From an uncultured Opitutales bacterium (GTDB taxonomy: Bacteria > Verrucomicrobiota > Verrucomicrobiia > Opitutales > Intestinicryptomonadaceae), in NCBI GenBank assembly GCA_934613415.1, contig CAKTSY010000006.1:60001-92000 (forward strand): a stretch of DNA of 32,000 bases, written 5' to 3'. Shown in pieces: positions 18,533 to 27,279 of the stretch. Numbering within the stretch: the stretch's first letter is position 1; each line of letters opens with the position of its first letter. Below the pieces are notes generated by a model. The model saw only the letters and a list, made by a program, of their open reading frames with translations, did not search any database and was not told the origin of the DNA. A program made the translations under genes and the position numbers.

Positions 18533-18533
18533 A

Positions 18534-20486
18534 TTAGCTTAATTTAGAACGAATATCGGCTTCTTTGCCGAGCGAGTCAAGCAATTTGTCGAGATTTTCG
18601 CGCGCGGCGGTTTTTGCCTTTAAAAGGGCTTCGTCGTTGGAAGCCGCTTCTTTTGCGAAAACGTAGAACTTAATTTTCGGCTCTGTCCCCGAAGCTCTAA
18701 CTGCAATTTTATAGCCGTTTTCAAGCTCGTAAAAGAAGAATGTTTCTTTTGGAACTGCAATGTTGTCGGCGTCTAAAATCGTATCGGTTGCAAAATTGGT
18801 AAATTTTGCCACTTTTTGCCCCGCCAATTCTTTCAGGGGTTGTTCCACCAAGCTTTTTAGAATGTTGGCAATTTTTTGCGAGCCGCTTGCGCCCTCGTAG
18901 TAAATGCTCTTTAAGTCTTCCAAAAAGTATCCGTATTTTTTGTAGATTTCGTCGAGATAGTCCTCTACGCTTTGGCCTTTGCTTTCCAAGTCGGCAAGCA
19001 TTTCCGAGAACATTATAACCGCCGAATTTGCGTCTTTGTCTCTAAGCGAGTCTACGCCCAAAAAGCCGTAGCTTTCTTCGTCGCCCATAACAAAGAATGT
19101 GGAATATTTCTGCAAAAGCTTTGCCCTTTCAAGATATTTCGAATTGCGGTAATCGAAGTTGGGAACGGCTTTCAAAAGCTTTTTTTCGTAGGCGAGCATG
19201 CGTGCGCCAATCCATTTAAAGCCCGTAAGAACGTTTATGCACTTTACGCCCTCGCCCTCGGCAATGGCGTCTTGCAAAGGCGTTGTTACAAACGACTTTA
19301 TTATTGCGCAATTTTTCGGGTTTTCGATTATGCCCAGCTTCTTCATTTTGCCTATCCTGTAGGCTATAAGCAACGCCCCTATTGTATTTCCCGTAATAAG
19401 GCGCATTTTGCCGCTTTTTGTGTGTATGGCCGCCCCCATTCGGTCGGCGTCGGGGTCGGTGGCAACAAGGCACTGCGCCTCGCATTTTTCCGCCAAAGCC
19501 ATACCCATCGACATCGTTTCGGGATATTCGGGGTTGGGCTGCTTTACCGTTGGGAAACGCGGGTCCATAACCATTTGCTCTTCCACAAAAACGGGGTCTA
19601 GCCCGAAGTGGCGCATAACCCTTGGACACATAACAGCCCCCGTGCCGTGAATTGCCGAATATACTATTTTGGGCTTTCTTTCCCTTAAAATTTCCTTGTC
19701 TACAACGCAGTCTTCTATGCTCGAAACATAGGCGGTTTCCACGCTTTCGGGAACGGTTAAAACGCCGGACGTATCTATTGCGACAAACTTTGCGGCTTCC
19801 GCAAGCGGGGTTTTGTTTACGTTGTCTACAATGCCTTCGGCGTGGGGGCTTGTTGCCTGCGCGCCGTCGTTAAAGTAAACTTTGTAGCCGTTGTCGGAGG
19901 GCGGATTGTGCGAGGCTGTAATAACAATGCCCGCGGTTGCGTTCATTTTCCTTACCGTATACGAAAGCTGCGGGGTGGAACGCGCACCGTTAAAGATATA
20001 GGCAGTTCCCCCCATTTTTGTCCAAACGCTTGCGCACAAGTCGCAAAAGTGTTTCGAAAAGTGGCGCACATCGTGCGCAATTACCAGCAAGGGAGTGCCC
20101 GACTTCGTGTTTTTGCAAAATTCGGCGCAATATTTATACAAGCCCAAAGTTGCCCTTGCCACGATAATGTCGTTCATATTGTTCGAGCCTACCGCAGCAT
20201 GCTCGGGCGTGCCTTGTGCGGAAACTTTTCCCAGCTCGAATTTTGTAGGATTCTTTGCAATGGTTTTGCCGCGCATGCCGCCCGTACCGAACGCCAAGTT
20301 CTTAAAAAAGCGGTCGTTTAATTCGTCAAACTTTTTTTCGGACAACAATTCGCCTATCGAATTTAACGCCCAATCTTCCAAAAAACCGCCGCCAACCCAG
20401 TCTTTAATGTTTTTTACCGCGCTGTCTAGCAGTTTATTGTCGTTTTTTGCGGAATCAATTTGGTCTAATAAAAGTTTAACGTTCAT
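18534..20486 (-). CDS. Alpha-D-phosphohexomutase family protein (phosphoglucomutase / phosphomannomutase, PgcA-like)
   Basis: 650 aa. FGTGGMRG in the N-terminal region, active-site phosphoserine loop ITASHNPPSDNGYKVY, metal-binding ATDPDADR, and C-terminal VRASGTEPKIKFY. Confidence 0.92.
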   Translation of the reverse strand: MNVKLLLDQIDSAKNDNKLLDSAVKNIKDWVGGGFLEDWALNSIGELLSEKKFDELNDRFFKNLAFGTGGMRGKTIAKNPTKFELGKVSAQGTPEHAAVGSNNMNDIIVARATLGLYKYCAEFCKNTKSGTPLLVIAHDVRHFSKHFCDLCASVWTKMGGTAYIFNGARSTPQLSYTVRKMNATAGIVITASHNPPSDNGYKVYFNDGAQATSPHAEGIVDNVNKTPLAEAAKFVAIDTSGVLTVPESVETAYVSSIEDCVVDKEILRERKPKIVYSAIHGTGAVMCPRVMRHFGLDPVFVEEQMVMDPRFPTVKQPNPEYPETMSMGMALAEKCEAQCLVATDPDADRMGAAIHTKSGKMRLITGNTIGALLIAYRIGKMKKLGIIENPKNCAIIKSFVTTPLQDAIAEGEGVKCINVLTGFKWIGARMLAYEKKLLKAVPNFDYRNSKYLERAKLLQKYSTFFVMGDEESYGFLGVDSLRDKDANSAVIMFSEMLADLESKGQSVEDYLDEIYKKYGYFLEDLKSIYYEGASGSQKIANILKSLVEQPLKELAGQKVAKFTNFATDTILDADNIAVPKETFFFYELENGYKIAVRASGTEPKIKFYVFAKEAASNDEALLKAKTAARENLDKLLDSLGKEADIRSKLS

Positions 20487-20599
20487 AGCTTAATGGTTTT
20501 AATCGCATTTTTTGGAAAATCAACAAGTAAACATCTTGTTTTGTAAAAAAATTTTTCGCGTTGACTATGTTTCAAAGTAAAAATTTTATGTAGATACAT

Positions 20600-21427
20600 A
20601 TGATGGACTCGAAAAATCTTGGAATCGGAATTTTAACTACGGCATTAAGCGTATTTGGCGCAGGCGCATTGCACGCGGGCTATGTTGTAGCCCACAGGGG
20701 AGAATCGCATTTGCGCCCGCAAAATACAACCGAATCGATGTCGCTTGCTTGGAAAAACGGCATAAAGTATGTAGAGGGCGACTTCCATTCAACAAAGGGC
20801 GGCGACATTGTTTGCGTGCACGTACAGCACGAGTTCGAGGAATTTTACGGCATAAAAAAGCCCATTGCCTTGCTTACAAAAGAAGAGGTTGCCAACGCCA
20901 AGCTTGCAAATAAAAGATGGGAAAAATACAACGGCCTGCCGCTGCCCAAGATAGAGGATATTTTTAAAATTCAGCCCAAAGACGGCGTTTTGGTTTTGGA
21001 AATTAAGGATATGGACGAAACCTTTATGCAAAAGGTAGACGCGGCAAGAAAGGCGAACAATTTGCCCAAAAGCGCGATTGTTTTTATTGCCTTTAACTTT
21101 AACAATTTAGTTGCCGTAAAGAAATTCGACAAAGAGTACAAATGCCTTTGGCTTTACGGGCTAAACGAAAAGAATGTAAAAAAAGACCTTACAGCTGAAA
21201 AGGTAATTAAGCGCGTAAAAGCCGCGGGCTTTGAGGGCGTAGACGTAGGCGGCACAAAGTTTATAGACGAAGACTATGTGCAGGCCTTTAAACAGGCAAA
21301 CCTTGAATTTTTGGTTTGGACTGTAGACAGCGACACCGAGGCAAAACGCCTTTTGGAAATAGGCGTAGACGCCATTACAACAAACCGCGCCACCGATATG
21401 AAAAAGAAGCTGCGCTTGGGCAAGTAG
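20600..21427 (+). CDS. Secreted glycerophosphodiester phosphodiesterase (GDPD)-family protein, divergent active-site motifs
   Basis: 275 aa. Signal peptide MMDSKNLGIGILTTALSVFGAGALHA. VVAHRGES..RPQNT..YVEGDF..TKGGDIVCVHV aligns to the GDPD pattern HRG..PENT..E.D..T.DG..V..HD, with E->Q and HD->HV changes. C-terminal WTVD..A..L...GVDAITTN is typical of the family. Confidence 0.75.
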   Translation: MMDSKNLGIGILTTALSVFGAGALHAGYVVAHRGESHLRPQNTTESMSLAWKNGIKYVEGDFHSTKGGDIVCVHVQHEFEEFYGIKKPIALLTKEEVANAKLANKRWEKYNGLPLPKIEDIFKIQPKDGVLVLEIKDMDETFMQKVDAARKANNLPKSAIVFIAFNFNNLVAVKKFDKEYKCLWLYGLNEKNVKKDLTAEKVIKRVKAAGFEGVDVGGTKFIDEDYVQAFKQANLEFLVWTVDSDTEAKRLLEIGVDAITTNRATDMKKKLRLGK

Positions 21428-21444
21428 CAAGTAACCACACACAA

Positions 21445-21486
21445 CAAACAAAAAATGGGCGAAGCATAAAACTTCGCCCAAATTTT
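21445..21486. terminator. Bidirectional terminator shared by the GDPD gene (+) and ffs (-)
   Basis: GGGCGAAG (21457..21464) - CATAAAA - CTTCGCCC (21472..21479). The minus strand continues AUUUUUUGUUUGUU (good U-tract). The plus strand continues AAAUUUU (weaker). Confidence 0.75.
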
Positions 21487-21488
21487 AA

Positions 21489-21589
21489 GGGGTCGGGAAA
21501 ACCACGGCGCCCAAGCTTGCAGACTACCGTTGCTTTCTTCCGAATCTGGCGGGGTTCGCCCGAAGACATGCCGCATGGCTCCCAACCTT
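21489..21589 (-). ncRNA. ffs: Signal recognition particle RNA (small bacterial 4.5S type)
   Basis: The minus strand reads ..GGUUGGGAGCCAUGCGGCAUGUCUUCGGGCGAACCCCGCCAGAUUCGGAAGAAAGCAACGGUAGUCUGCAAGCUUGGGCGCCGUGGUUUUCCCGACC.. This contains the domain IV signature (consensus ..CCCGCCAGGCCCGGAAGGGAGCAACGGUAG..) with a GGAA tetraloop. The ends pair: GGUUGGGA (21587..21580) with UCCCGACC (21498..21491). A terminator follows. Ends are approximate (+/-5 nt). Confidence 0.85.
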
Positions 21590-21627
21590 AATACAAAAGC
21601 TTTCATAATCGGCCGTCTTTATCAAGC

Positions 21628-22626
21628 CTATTTTTTGTCGAAAAAGCCTTTCGGGTATATCCCGTAAAAATTGTTGTATACCCTTTTGAAAAATCCGCGC
21701 GAATATATGTTTTCGTCGGCGTCTAAATGGCGCATTTTTAAAAGCACACCTCGCGAGTCTCTGCCCCCGAACGCCCCCGGAAAAAAGTACATTTCAACCT
21801 CAACTTTGTCGCCCTCGTTATACGAGCTTATGTCGTGAAGGCTGTCGTTCCTTAGCGGAATGAATGTTTGGGGTGTGTAAAAAGTCTCCTCTAAGTAAAT
21901 GCCTATGCGGCGGCGTTTATCTTTTGTAAAAAGCCCCCTTGTTTTAAAGGTTTTGCCCGCCTTCATTAAGGCGTATTCGTCGCTTGTTGCCATAGAAGGG
22001 TTGCGCGCAATTCTGGCATCTATCCACTCGCTTTCGTTTTCGGAATTTTTGGGCGAAAAGAACGATGCTTTTTCGCTAATTTCTGCAGCCGACGCGCTCT
22101 TATGCAGTCCTGTATGGCACAAAACCTTTTCGGCAAAAAGCACGCGCCCCTTTTCTATTTTTAGATACACGTTTTCAAGCCCAAGGTAGTTTTCGGTGTC
22201 TTTTGCAAGCGGCTTGCTTGCCCTGATAGAACCGCTAAACCAGTCGCAAAAAAGGGGGTATTTGGCGTTTTTGCCGAACAGCTTTTCGGCGGCAACTGCA
22301 ACATCTTTTACCATAACAAGCGGGCTTTTGCCCTCTATGCCGTAGCGCGAATAGTCGGTTCTAACAACAACGCTTTCCAGATAAAGCTTTGCGTCTTTAA
22401 TAGCATAGCTTGCAATATAACCGCGCGGTATTCTGGGGTTTGGCAGGCGCGTTCTTAACGCCGTCCATGCCGTTTTGTTTTTCGCCAAATATTTTTCCAG
22501 CGGGAATTTATATAGCTCGTAATTTTCGCTTTCAAAAACAAGTATGTCGGGCTCGGTATACGGCGATTCTGCGCGGGCAAAAAACGCCAACGCAAAAAAG
22601 GCGACCATATACACTAGCAATTTCAT
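21628..22626 (-). CDS. Hypothetical secreted protein (no recognisable domain), translationally coupled to sufD
   Basis: 332 aa. Signal peptide MKLLVYMVAFFALAFFARA/ES. The ATG at 22626 overlaps the sufD TGA (ATGA). I recognise no motif. Confidence 0.6.
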   Translation of the reverse strand: MKLLVYMVAFFALAFFARAESPYTEPDILVFESENYELYKFPLEKYLAKNKTAWTALRTRLPNPRIPRGYIASYAIKDAKLYLESVVVRTDYSRYGIEGKSPLVMVKDVAVAAEKLFGKNAKYPLFCDWFSGSIRASKPLAKDTENYLGLENVYLKIEKGRVLFAEKVLCHTGLHKSASAAEISEKASFFSPKNSENESEWIDARIARNPSMATSDEYALMKAGKTFKTRGLFTKDKRRRIGIYLEETFYTPQTFIPLRNDSLHDISSYNEGDKVEVEMYFFPGAFGGRDSRGVLLKMRHLDADENIYSRGFFKRVYNNFYGIYPKGFFDKK

Positions 22627-23729
22627 ATTTCTACGGTTTTTGGCAGGGCTTGGCTATAGTTTGCAAAGGCTTCGGCTATAAGTTTTTTTGCCTGAATGTC
22701 GTTTAAGCCGCGCGAATTTAGGTAGAACACCTGTTCGGGCTCGGGCATTGAAACCGCGCAGCCGTGCGAACACTCTACATCGTTTGCGCAAATTTCAAGA
22801 ACCGGGCTTGCCTGAACTTTTGCGTTTTCGCTTAAAAGCAGCGTTTTGCACGACTGCTTTGCCTCGCACAGCTCGCCGCTTTCGCTTATGTGAACAACGC
22901 CCATAAATGCCGCCTTTGCGGAATTGTCTAAAACGTTTTTAACGTCTAAAAAGCTTTTGCACGACTTTGTTTTGTGTATTTGTTCGCTGCAAAAATCGTG
23001 CTTGCAGCTTGCCGAATTTCTTACAAAGGCCTTGCCCTTTAACACGGCGTTTGTGCCCTTAAACAAAAACGACGCCTCGCACCTGCTGGAACTTTGCCCC
23101 GTTTGCACGTTGTAAAATTCCAAATTGCTATTGTCGTTTAGGCAAAAGACGTGCTTTGCATATAGCAAAGCATTGGCATCGGTATTGTTTAAATGCGAAA
23201 TTTTAAGCTTTGCATTTTCGCCCAACTCTATATGCGAAACAAAGTCGGCAAAGGAATTTTCGGGGACGCAGTTTTCTATATAAATTTCGGCCGATGCGTT
23301 TTTTTGAACGCTTATTTTTAGCGCAAGGGGGCTAAAAGCCGCATTGTTTGCAAGCTTTATTAAAACTCCCTTTTGTAAAACGCCGCCTACATCAAGCTCT
23401 AAAACGCCGTCGGCACGGGCAGCCGCCAAAAGCCCCATTTTGCCAAAATCTTCAAAATCTTTGCAAAAAGTGTCGCGTTTAAGCGACAAGTTTTTGTCGG
23501 CAAATTCCGCAAAAGAGTTTTCGCCAAAATTAAACTTGTAAAAATCCTTTTCGGGCAATCCGCTGAAATCGAAAAACGAAAACTTTTTGCAAAAAACCCC
23601 TTTTTTGGAAGCCAAAAAGCTTTCGATATTTTCTTTCGAAAACGCGGTAAAATCGGCAAAACGCCAAAATTCAATTTTTTTGGTGGGATACGCTAAAGCC
23701 GAAAATTGTTCCTTTAAATTTGTTTGCAT
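22623..23729 (-). CDS. sufD: Fe-S cluster assembly protein SufD
   Basis: The ORF-track entry (to 24023) runs 294 nt into sufB. The ATG at 23729 ([10 protein letters not shown]..) overlaps the sufB stop as TAATG and gives 368 aa. The C-terminal block CSHGCAVSMPEPEQVFYLNSRGLNDIQAKKLIAEAF is typical of the SufB/SufD family. Confidence 0.85.
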   Translation of the reverse strand: MQTNLKEQFSALAYPTKKIEFWRFADFTAFSKENIESFLASKKGVFCKKFSFFDFSGLPEKDFYKFNFGENSFAEFADKNLSLKRDTFCKDFEDFGKMGLLAAARADGVLELDVGGVLQKGVLIKLANNAAFSPLALKISVQKNASAEIYIENCVPENSFADFVSHIELGENAKLKISHLNNTDANALLYAKHVFCLNDNSNLEFYNVQTGQSSSRCEASFLFKGTNAVLKGKAFVRNSASCKHDFCSEQIHKTKSCKSFLDVKNVLDNSAKAAFMGVVHISESGELCEAKQSCKTLLLSENAKVQASPVLEICANDVECSHGCAVSMPEPEQVFYLNSRGLNDIQAKKLIAEAFANYSQALPKTVEI

Positions 23730-25141
23730 TAGCCTACCGCCCCCTCCATTTCTATTTCGATAAGCCTTTTTAGCTCTACCGAATATTCCAAGGGGAATTC
23801 CCTTATCAAGTCGTTTACAAAGCCGTTTACCGAAAGGCTTATTGCCTGCTGTTCCGACAAGCCCCTTTGGCGCATGTAGAATATCTGCTCTTCGTTTAGT
23901 TTCGAAACGCTGGCTTCGTGGTGGATAAAGTTCGACTGCCCCGAGCACGTTATTGCGGGATACGTATCCGAGCGCGAATTTGAATTTATAAGCAAGGCGT
24001 CGCAAACAGTGTTGTTTTTGCAACCCTTTACATTTTGCGGCATATAAACAAGCCCCCTATACGACGCCCTGCCGTCAGCAATGCTGATTGATTTCGACGT
24101 TATGTTCGAGGTTGTGTTGTTTGCCAAATGTATCATTTTAGCCCCCGTATCTTGATGTTGGCCTTTGTTGGCAAGGGCAATAGAAAGCACTTCGCCCGAA
24201 GCGCCCTCGCCCTTTAACACAACGGCGGGATATTTCATTGTAAGCCCAGAGCCTACATTGCAGTCTATCCAGCGAATCTCGGCGTTTTCTTCGGCCATGC
24301 CGCGCTTTGTTACAAGGTTGTATACGCTGTTCGACCAGTTTTGCACGGTTACATACTGTATTTTTGCGCCCTTTAGCGCAACAAGCTCGACCACCGCCGA
24401 GTGCAGATTGCCCTCGTCGAATTTCGGGGCGGTGCACCCTTCCATATACATAAGCTCCGAGCCTTCGTCGGCAATAATCAAAGTTCTTTCGAACTGCCCG
24501 AAATTTTGCGCGTTAATTCTAAAATAGGCCTGCAATGGCTGCGAAACCTTTACGCCCTTTGGCACATAAATAAAGCTGCCGCCGCTAAATACCGCACTGT
24601 TTAACGCCGAATATTTGTTGTCGGAAGGCGGAATTATCTTGCCGAAATACTTTCTGAATATTTCGGGATACTTCATAAGCCCTTCGGTGGAATCGACAAA
24701 AATTACGCCCAACTTTGAAAGGTGGTCTTTCATATTCGAATACGCCGACTCCGAGTCGAACTGGGCTTCTACCCCCGCCAAAAACGCCCTTTCCTGCTCG
24801 GGCACGCCAAGCTTTTCGAAAGTGGTTTTTACGTCGTGGGGAACTTCCTCCCACGAGCGCGTTTTCTTTGCGCCCTTTGCCAAATAGTATCTTATTTTTT
24901 GGAAATCTATTTTGGCAATTTGCGGATTCGCCCAATTTAGGGGGTTTTCCTTTGCAAAAAAGGTCTTTAGCGCCTTTAGCCTGAAGTTTAAAACCCATTC
25001 GTCTTCGCCCTTAACCGAAGATATGTATTTTACAACGTCTTCGTTAAGCCCCAAACCGGCGTCGTAGGCGTAGTCTTCGGCAAATTTAAAATCGCCTATG
25101 TCGCGCTCGAAACCAAGCTTTATGTTCTTTTCGGCGGGCAT
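23729..25141 (-). CDS. sufB: Fe-S cluster assembly scaffold SufB
   Basis: The likely start is the ATG at 25141 ([11 protein letters not shown]..), 1 nt after the sufC TAG; the alternative at 25162 overlaps suf[35 protein letters not shown] and [26 protein letters not shown] are classic SufB blocks. Confidence 0.95.
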   Translation of the reverse strand: MPAEKNIKLGFERDIGDFKFAEDYAYDAGLGLNEDVVKYISSVKGEDEWVLNFRLKALKTFFAKENPLNWANPQIAKIDFQKIRYYLAKGAKKTRSWEEVPHDVKTTFEKLGVPEQERAFLAGVEAQFDSESAYSNMKDHLSKLGVIFVDSTEGLMKYPEIFRKYFGKIIPPSDNKYSALNSAVFSGGSFIYVPKGVKVSQPLQAYFRINAQNFGQFERTLIIADEGSELMYMEGCTAPKFDEGNLHSAVVELVALKGAKIQYVTVQNWSNSVYNLVTKRGMAEENAEIRWIDCNVGSGLTMKYPAVVLKGEGASGEVLSIALANKGQHQDTGAKMIHLANNTTSNITSKSISIADGRASYRGLVYMPQNVKGCKNNTVCDALLINSNSRSDTYPAITCSGQSNFIHHEASVSKLNEEQIFYMRQRGLSEQQAISLSVNGFVNDLIREFPLEYSVELKRLIEIEMEGAVG

Positions 25142-25142
25142 A

Positions 25143-25889
25143 CTATTTTTCGGCCTCCACAAAGTCGTAGCCGTATTTTTCCAGCTCTAAAGCCAAGTCG
25201 GCGCTGCCCGACTTTACAATTTTCCCGCCGCTTAAGATGTGCACAACATCGGGCTTTATGTGTTCAAGCAAACGGTGGTAGTGGGTAATCATCAAAATGC
25301 CCACGTCTTTGTTTTTATAGGAATTTATGCCCTCCGAAACAATGCGCAGGGCGTCTACGTCTAAACCGCTGTCTATTTCGTCTAAAATGGCAAAGCAGGG
25401 CTTAAGCATTAGCATTTGAAGAACGTCGCACCTCTTTTTTTCGCCGCCCGAAAATCCTTCGTTTAGGCTTCGCGCCGAAAAAGACGAATCCATCTTCAAC
25501 TGCGCCATCTTTTCGCGCAGTTCTTTGTAAAAGGCGGGAACGTTTACCTCCTGCCCTTCGGGCAGCCTTGCCTGCAAACAAGCCCTTATAAAATTGGCTA
25601 TGCTTACCCCCGCAATTTCAACCGGAGTTTGGAACGCCAAGAACATTCCCATTTTTGAGATTTCGTCGGGGCTTTTGCCTATAAGGCTTACTCCGTTTAG
25701 CTCGGCTTTGCCGCCTGCAATAACGTAGTCTTTGTGCCCCGAAAGAGCTTTTGAAAGGCTGCTTTTGCCCGTGCCGTTCGGCCCCATTATAACGTGAACA
25801 GAACCGTTGGGAACGTGCAAATTAAGGCCGTCTATCAAAAGCCTGTCGCCCAATTTCACTTTTAAATCTTCAAGATACAATCCGTCCAT
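25143..25889 (-). CDS. sufC: Fe-S cluster assembly ATPase SufC
   Basis: 248 aa. Walker [13 protein letters not shown] signature FSGGEKKR, Walker [12 protein letters not shown]-loop ITHY. Confidence 0.96.
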   Translation of the reverse strand: MDGLYLEDLKVKLGDRLLIDGLNLHVPNGSVHVIMGPNGTGKSSLSKALSGHKDYVIAGGKAELNGVSLIGKSPDEISKMGMFLAFQTPVEIAGVSIANFIRACLQARLPEGQEVNVPAFYKELREKMAQLKMDSSFSARSLNEGFSGGEKKRCDVLQMLMLKPCFAILDEIDSGLDVDALRIVSEGINSYKNKDVGILMITHYHRLLEHIKPDVVHILSGGKIVKSGSADLALELEKYGYDFVEAEK

Positions 25890-25892
25890 AAA

Positions 25893-26276
25893 CTATGCCT
25901 TAAAACATTTTACAAATGCCGTATCAAAATCGTAGCCGTTGTCGAAATCCTCTATTTTGTCGTCGTCGTTTTTCGAAAGCTCGCCAACCTTTATCATATT
26001 AAACACAATTTCGCCAAAATCCCTGCAGGTTTTAACGTTCCATTCGTCCAGCAAAACTTTTGCCATAGGCCCGAAGGTTTCTATGCCGAATTCGCGAATG
26101 CCGTCGAGCAACTCGGCCGCGCTAACGTGCCTAGAGCCCCTGCCCGCCTTTTGCGCCGCCGCCTTTTTAACCGTATAGTCTAGTGCCATTCTGACAAAAA
26201 CGTACGCGCCCAACGCATAGCGTTTGTCGTCCTTAAAAATAAGTTCCAAAGCCTTTTCGAAATCTCTTTGTGCCAT
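25893..26276 (-). CDS. Small uncharacterised protein, resembles the Minf_1886 / TIGR04138 family of Planctomycetes-Verrucomicrobia (from memory)
   Basis: 127 aa. Its stop is 3 nt before the sufC ATG. Y.LGAY.FV..AL.YT....HVSAAELLDGIREF..ETFGPMAKVLLDEWNVKTCRDFGEIVFNMI matches my recollection of that family. There is no Cys-rich or HTH motif I can name. Confidence 0.6.
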   Translation of the reverse strand: MAQRDFEKALELIFKDDKRYALGAYVFVRMALDYTVKKAAAQKAGRGSRHVSAAELLDGIREFGIETFGPMAKVLLDEWNVKTCRDFGEIVFNMIKVGELSKNDDDKIEDFDNGYDFDTAFVKCFKA

Positions 26277-26413
26277 AATTGTGTATATCGGCTTTTAGCG
26301 TTAAAAATATCTTGTGAAAGCTATTACAACAAGAGCCTCTTATCAACAATATTTTAACACACATCAAAAATATGTTTGCAAGAGCGCGCAAAGCGTCAAT
26401 TATAGCCTATGTT

Positions 26414-27190
26414 ATGCGCTTTATCTTTATGGGAACGGGCACAAGCCAGGGCGTGCCGCTTATTGCTTCTAAAAACGAGGGGTTGGACTTGTCGAACCCC
26501 AAAAATTGGCGCACCCGCGCCAGCGCACACCTAAACATAAAAGGACTTGACATTCAAATAGATGCGGGCCCAGAATTTAGGCTGCAGTGCCTTAAAAACA
26601 ACATAAAGAACATAGACTTTTTTATTCTAACCCATGGGCATGCCGACCACATTCTTGGCATGGACGACCTGCGCCGCTTTTGCGACCTAAAGCCCGACCA
26701 TATTGTAGACGTTTACGGCGAAGACGGCGGATTGGAAAGGGTAAAAAACATATTTCCCTACGCCTTGGGCGACAGCCCCGCCCAAAGGGGCTACCCCTGC
26801 TTTAAGCTGCACAACTTGCCGCAACTTACCGACTTTGGCAACGGCGTAAAAATACGCAGCACACTTTTGCCGCACGACACGGTAAAAACTCTGGGGCTTG
26901 TTTTTGAGGAAGACAGCAAAAAGATTGCATACTATTCCGACTGCAAGTCTTTACCGGACGAAGCCCAACGCCTTGCCTATAAAGCAGATGCGCTGGTTAT
27001 AGACGGGCTTCGCCCCGGCTACCACCATTCGCATATGTCGATATACGAAGCCATAGAATACGGCAAACTCCTCAAGGCAAAAAGCGTTTATTTAACTCAT
27101 ACAACCGGCCAGATAGACTACGAAACCTGGCAAAGGCAGCTCCCCGAAAACTTCTTTATTGCCTACGACAGCCTTACTTTTGAAGTTTAG
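26414..27190 (+). CDS. MBL-fold metallo-hydrolase (PhnP / beta-lactamase-like phosphodiesterase type)
   Basis: The family-typical N-terminus MRFIFMGTGTSQGVP begins at 26414; the ORF-track start at 26372 adds 14 aa. Metal motif LTHGHADH. Confidence 0.85.
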   Translation: MRFIFMGTGTSQGVPLIASKNEGLDLSNPKNWRTRASAHLNIKGLDIQIDAGPEFRLQCLKNNIKNIDFFILTHGHADHILGMDDLRRFCDLKPDHIVDVYGEDGGLERVKNIFPYALGDSPAQRGYPCFKLHNLPQLTDFGNGVKIRSTLLPHDTVKTLGLVFEEDSKKIAYYSDCKSLPDEAQRLAYKADALVIDGLRPGYHHSHMSIYEAIEYGKLLKAKSVYLTHTTGQIDYETWQRQLPENFFIAYDSLTFEV

Positions 27191-27279
27191 TGCTTTTCAA
27201 CTCATTTTTTTCTTGTAATTTACAACGGCCATATTAACTTGGCAGACGATAATACAACCATCAATCAGACAAAGGAAAA

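Noticed and set aside
20522-20540. AACAAG-N7-CTTGTT 6-bp inverted repeat in the pgm/GDPD divergent region, plus TTGACT-N17-TTTTAT promoter-like spacing at 20564..20592.
   Set aside because: The stem is short and AT-rich and no U-tract follows. The -10 match is poor. Too weak to call either an operator or a promoter.
21274-21606. Three overlapping ORFs (110, 91 and 64 aa) between the GDPD gene and the hypothetical secreted protein.
   Set aside because: The region is fully explained by the SRP RNA gene plus a bidirectional terminator. The ORF products are basic, low-complexity read-throughs of structured RNA.
23730-24023. N-terminal 98-codon extension of the sufD ORF overlapping sufB. Analogous extensions: 8204..8257 (pyrophosphorylase into galE), 10734..10820 (zinc ribbon), 26372..26413 (MBL), 25142..25162 (sufB into sufC), 15127..15138 (GH28 TTG).
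   Set aside because: The extensions are non-homologous and R/K/G-rich, and they overlap well-supported upstream genes. In each case an internal ATG placed 1-3 nt from, or overlapping, the upstream stop gives the family-typical N-terminus.
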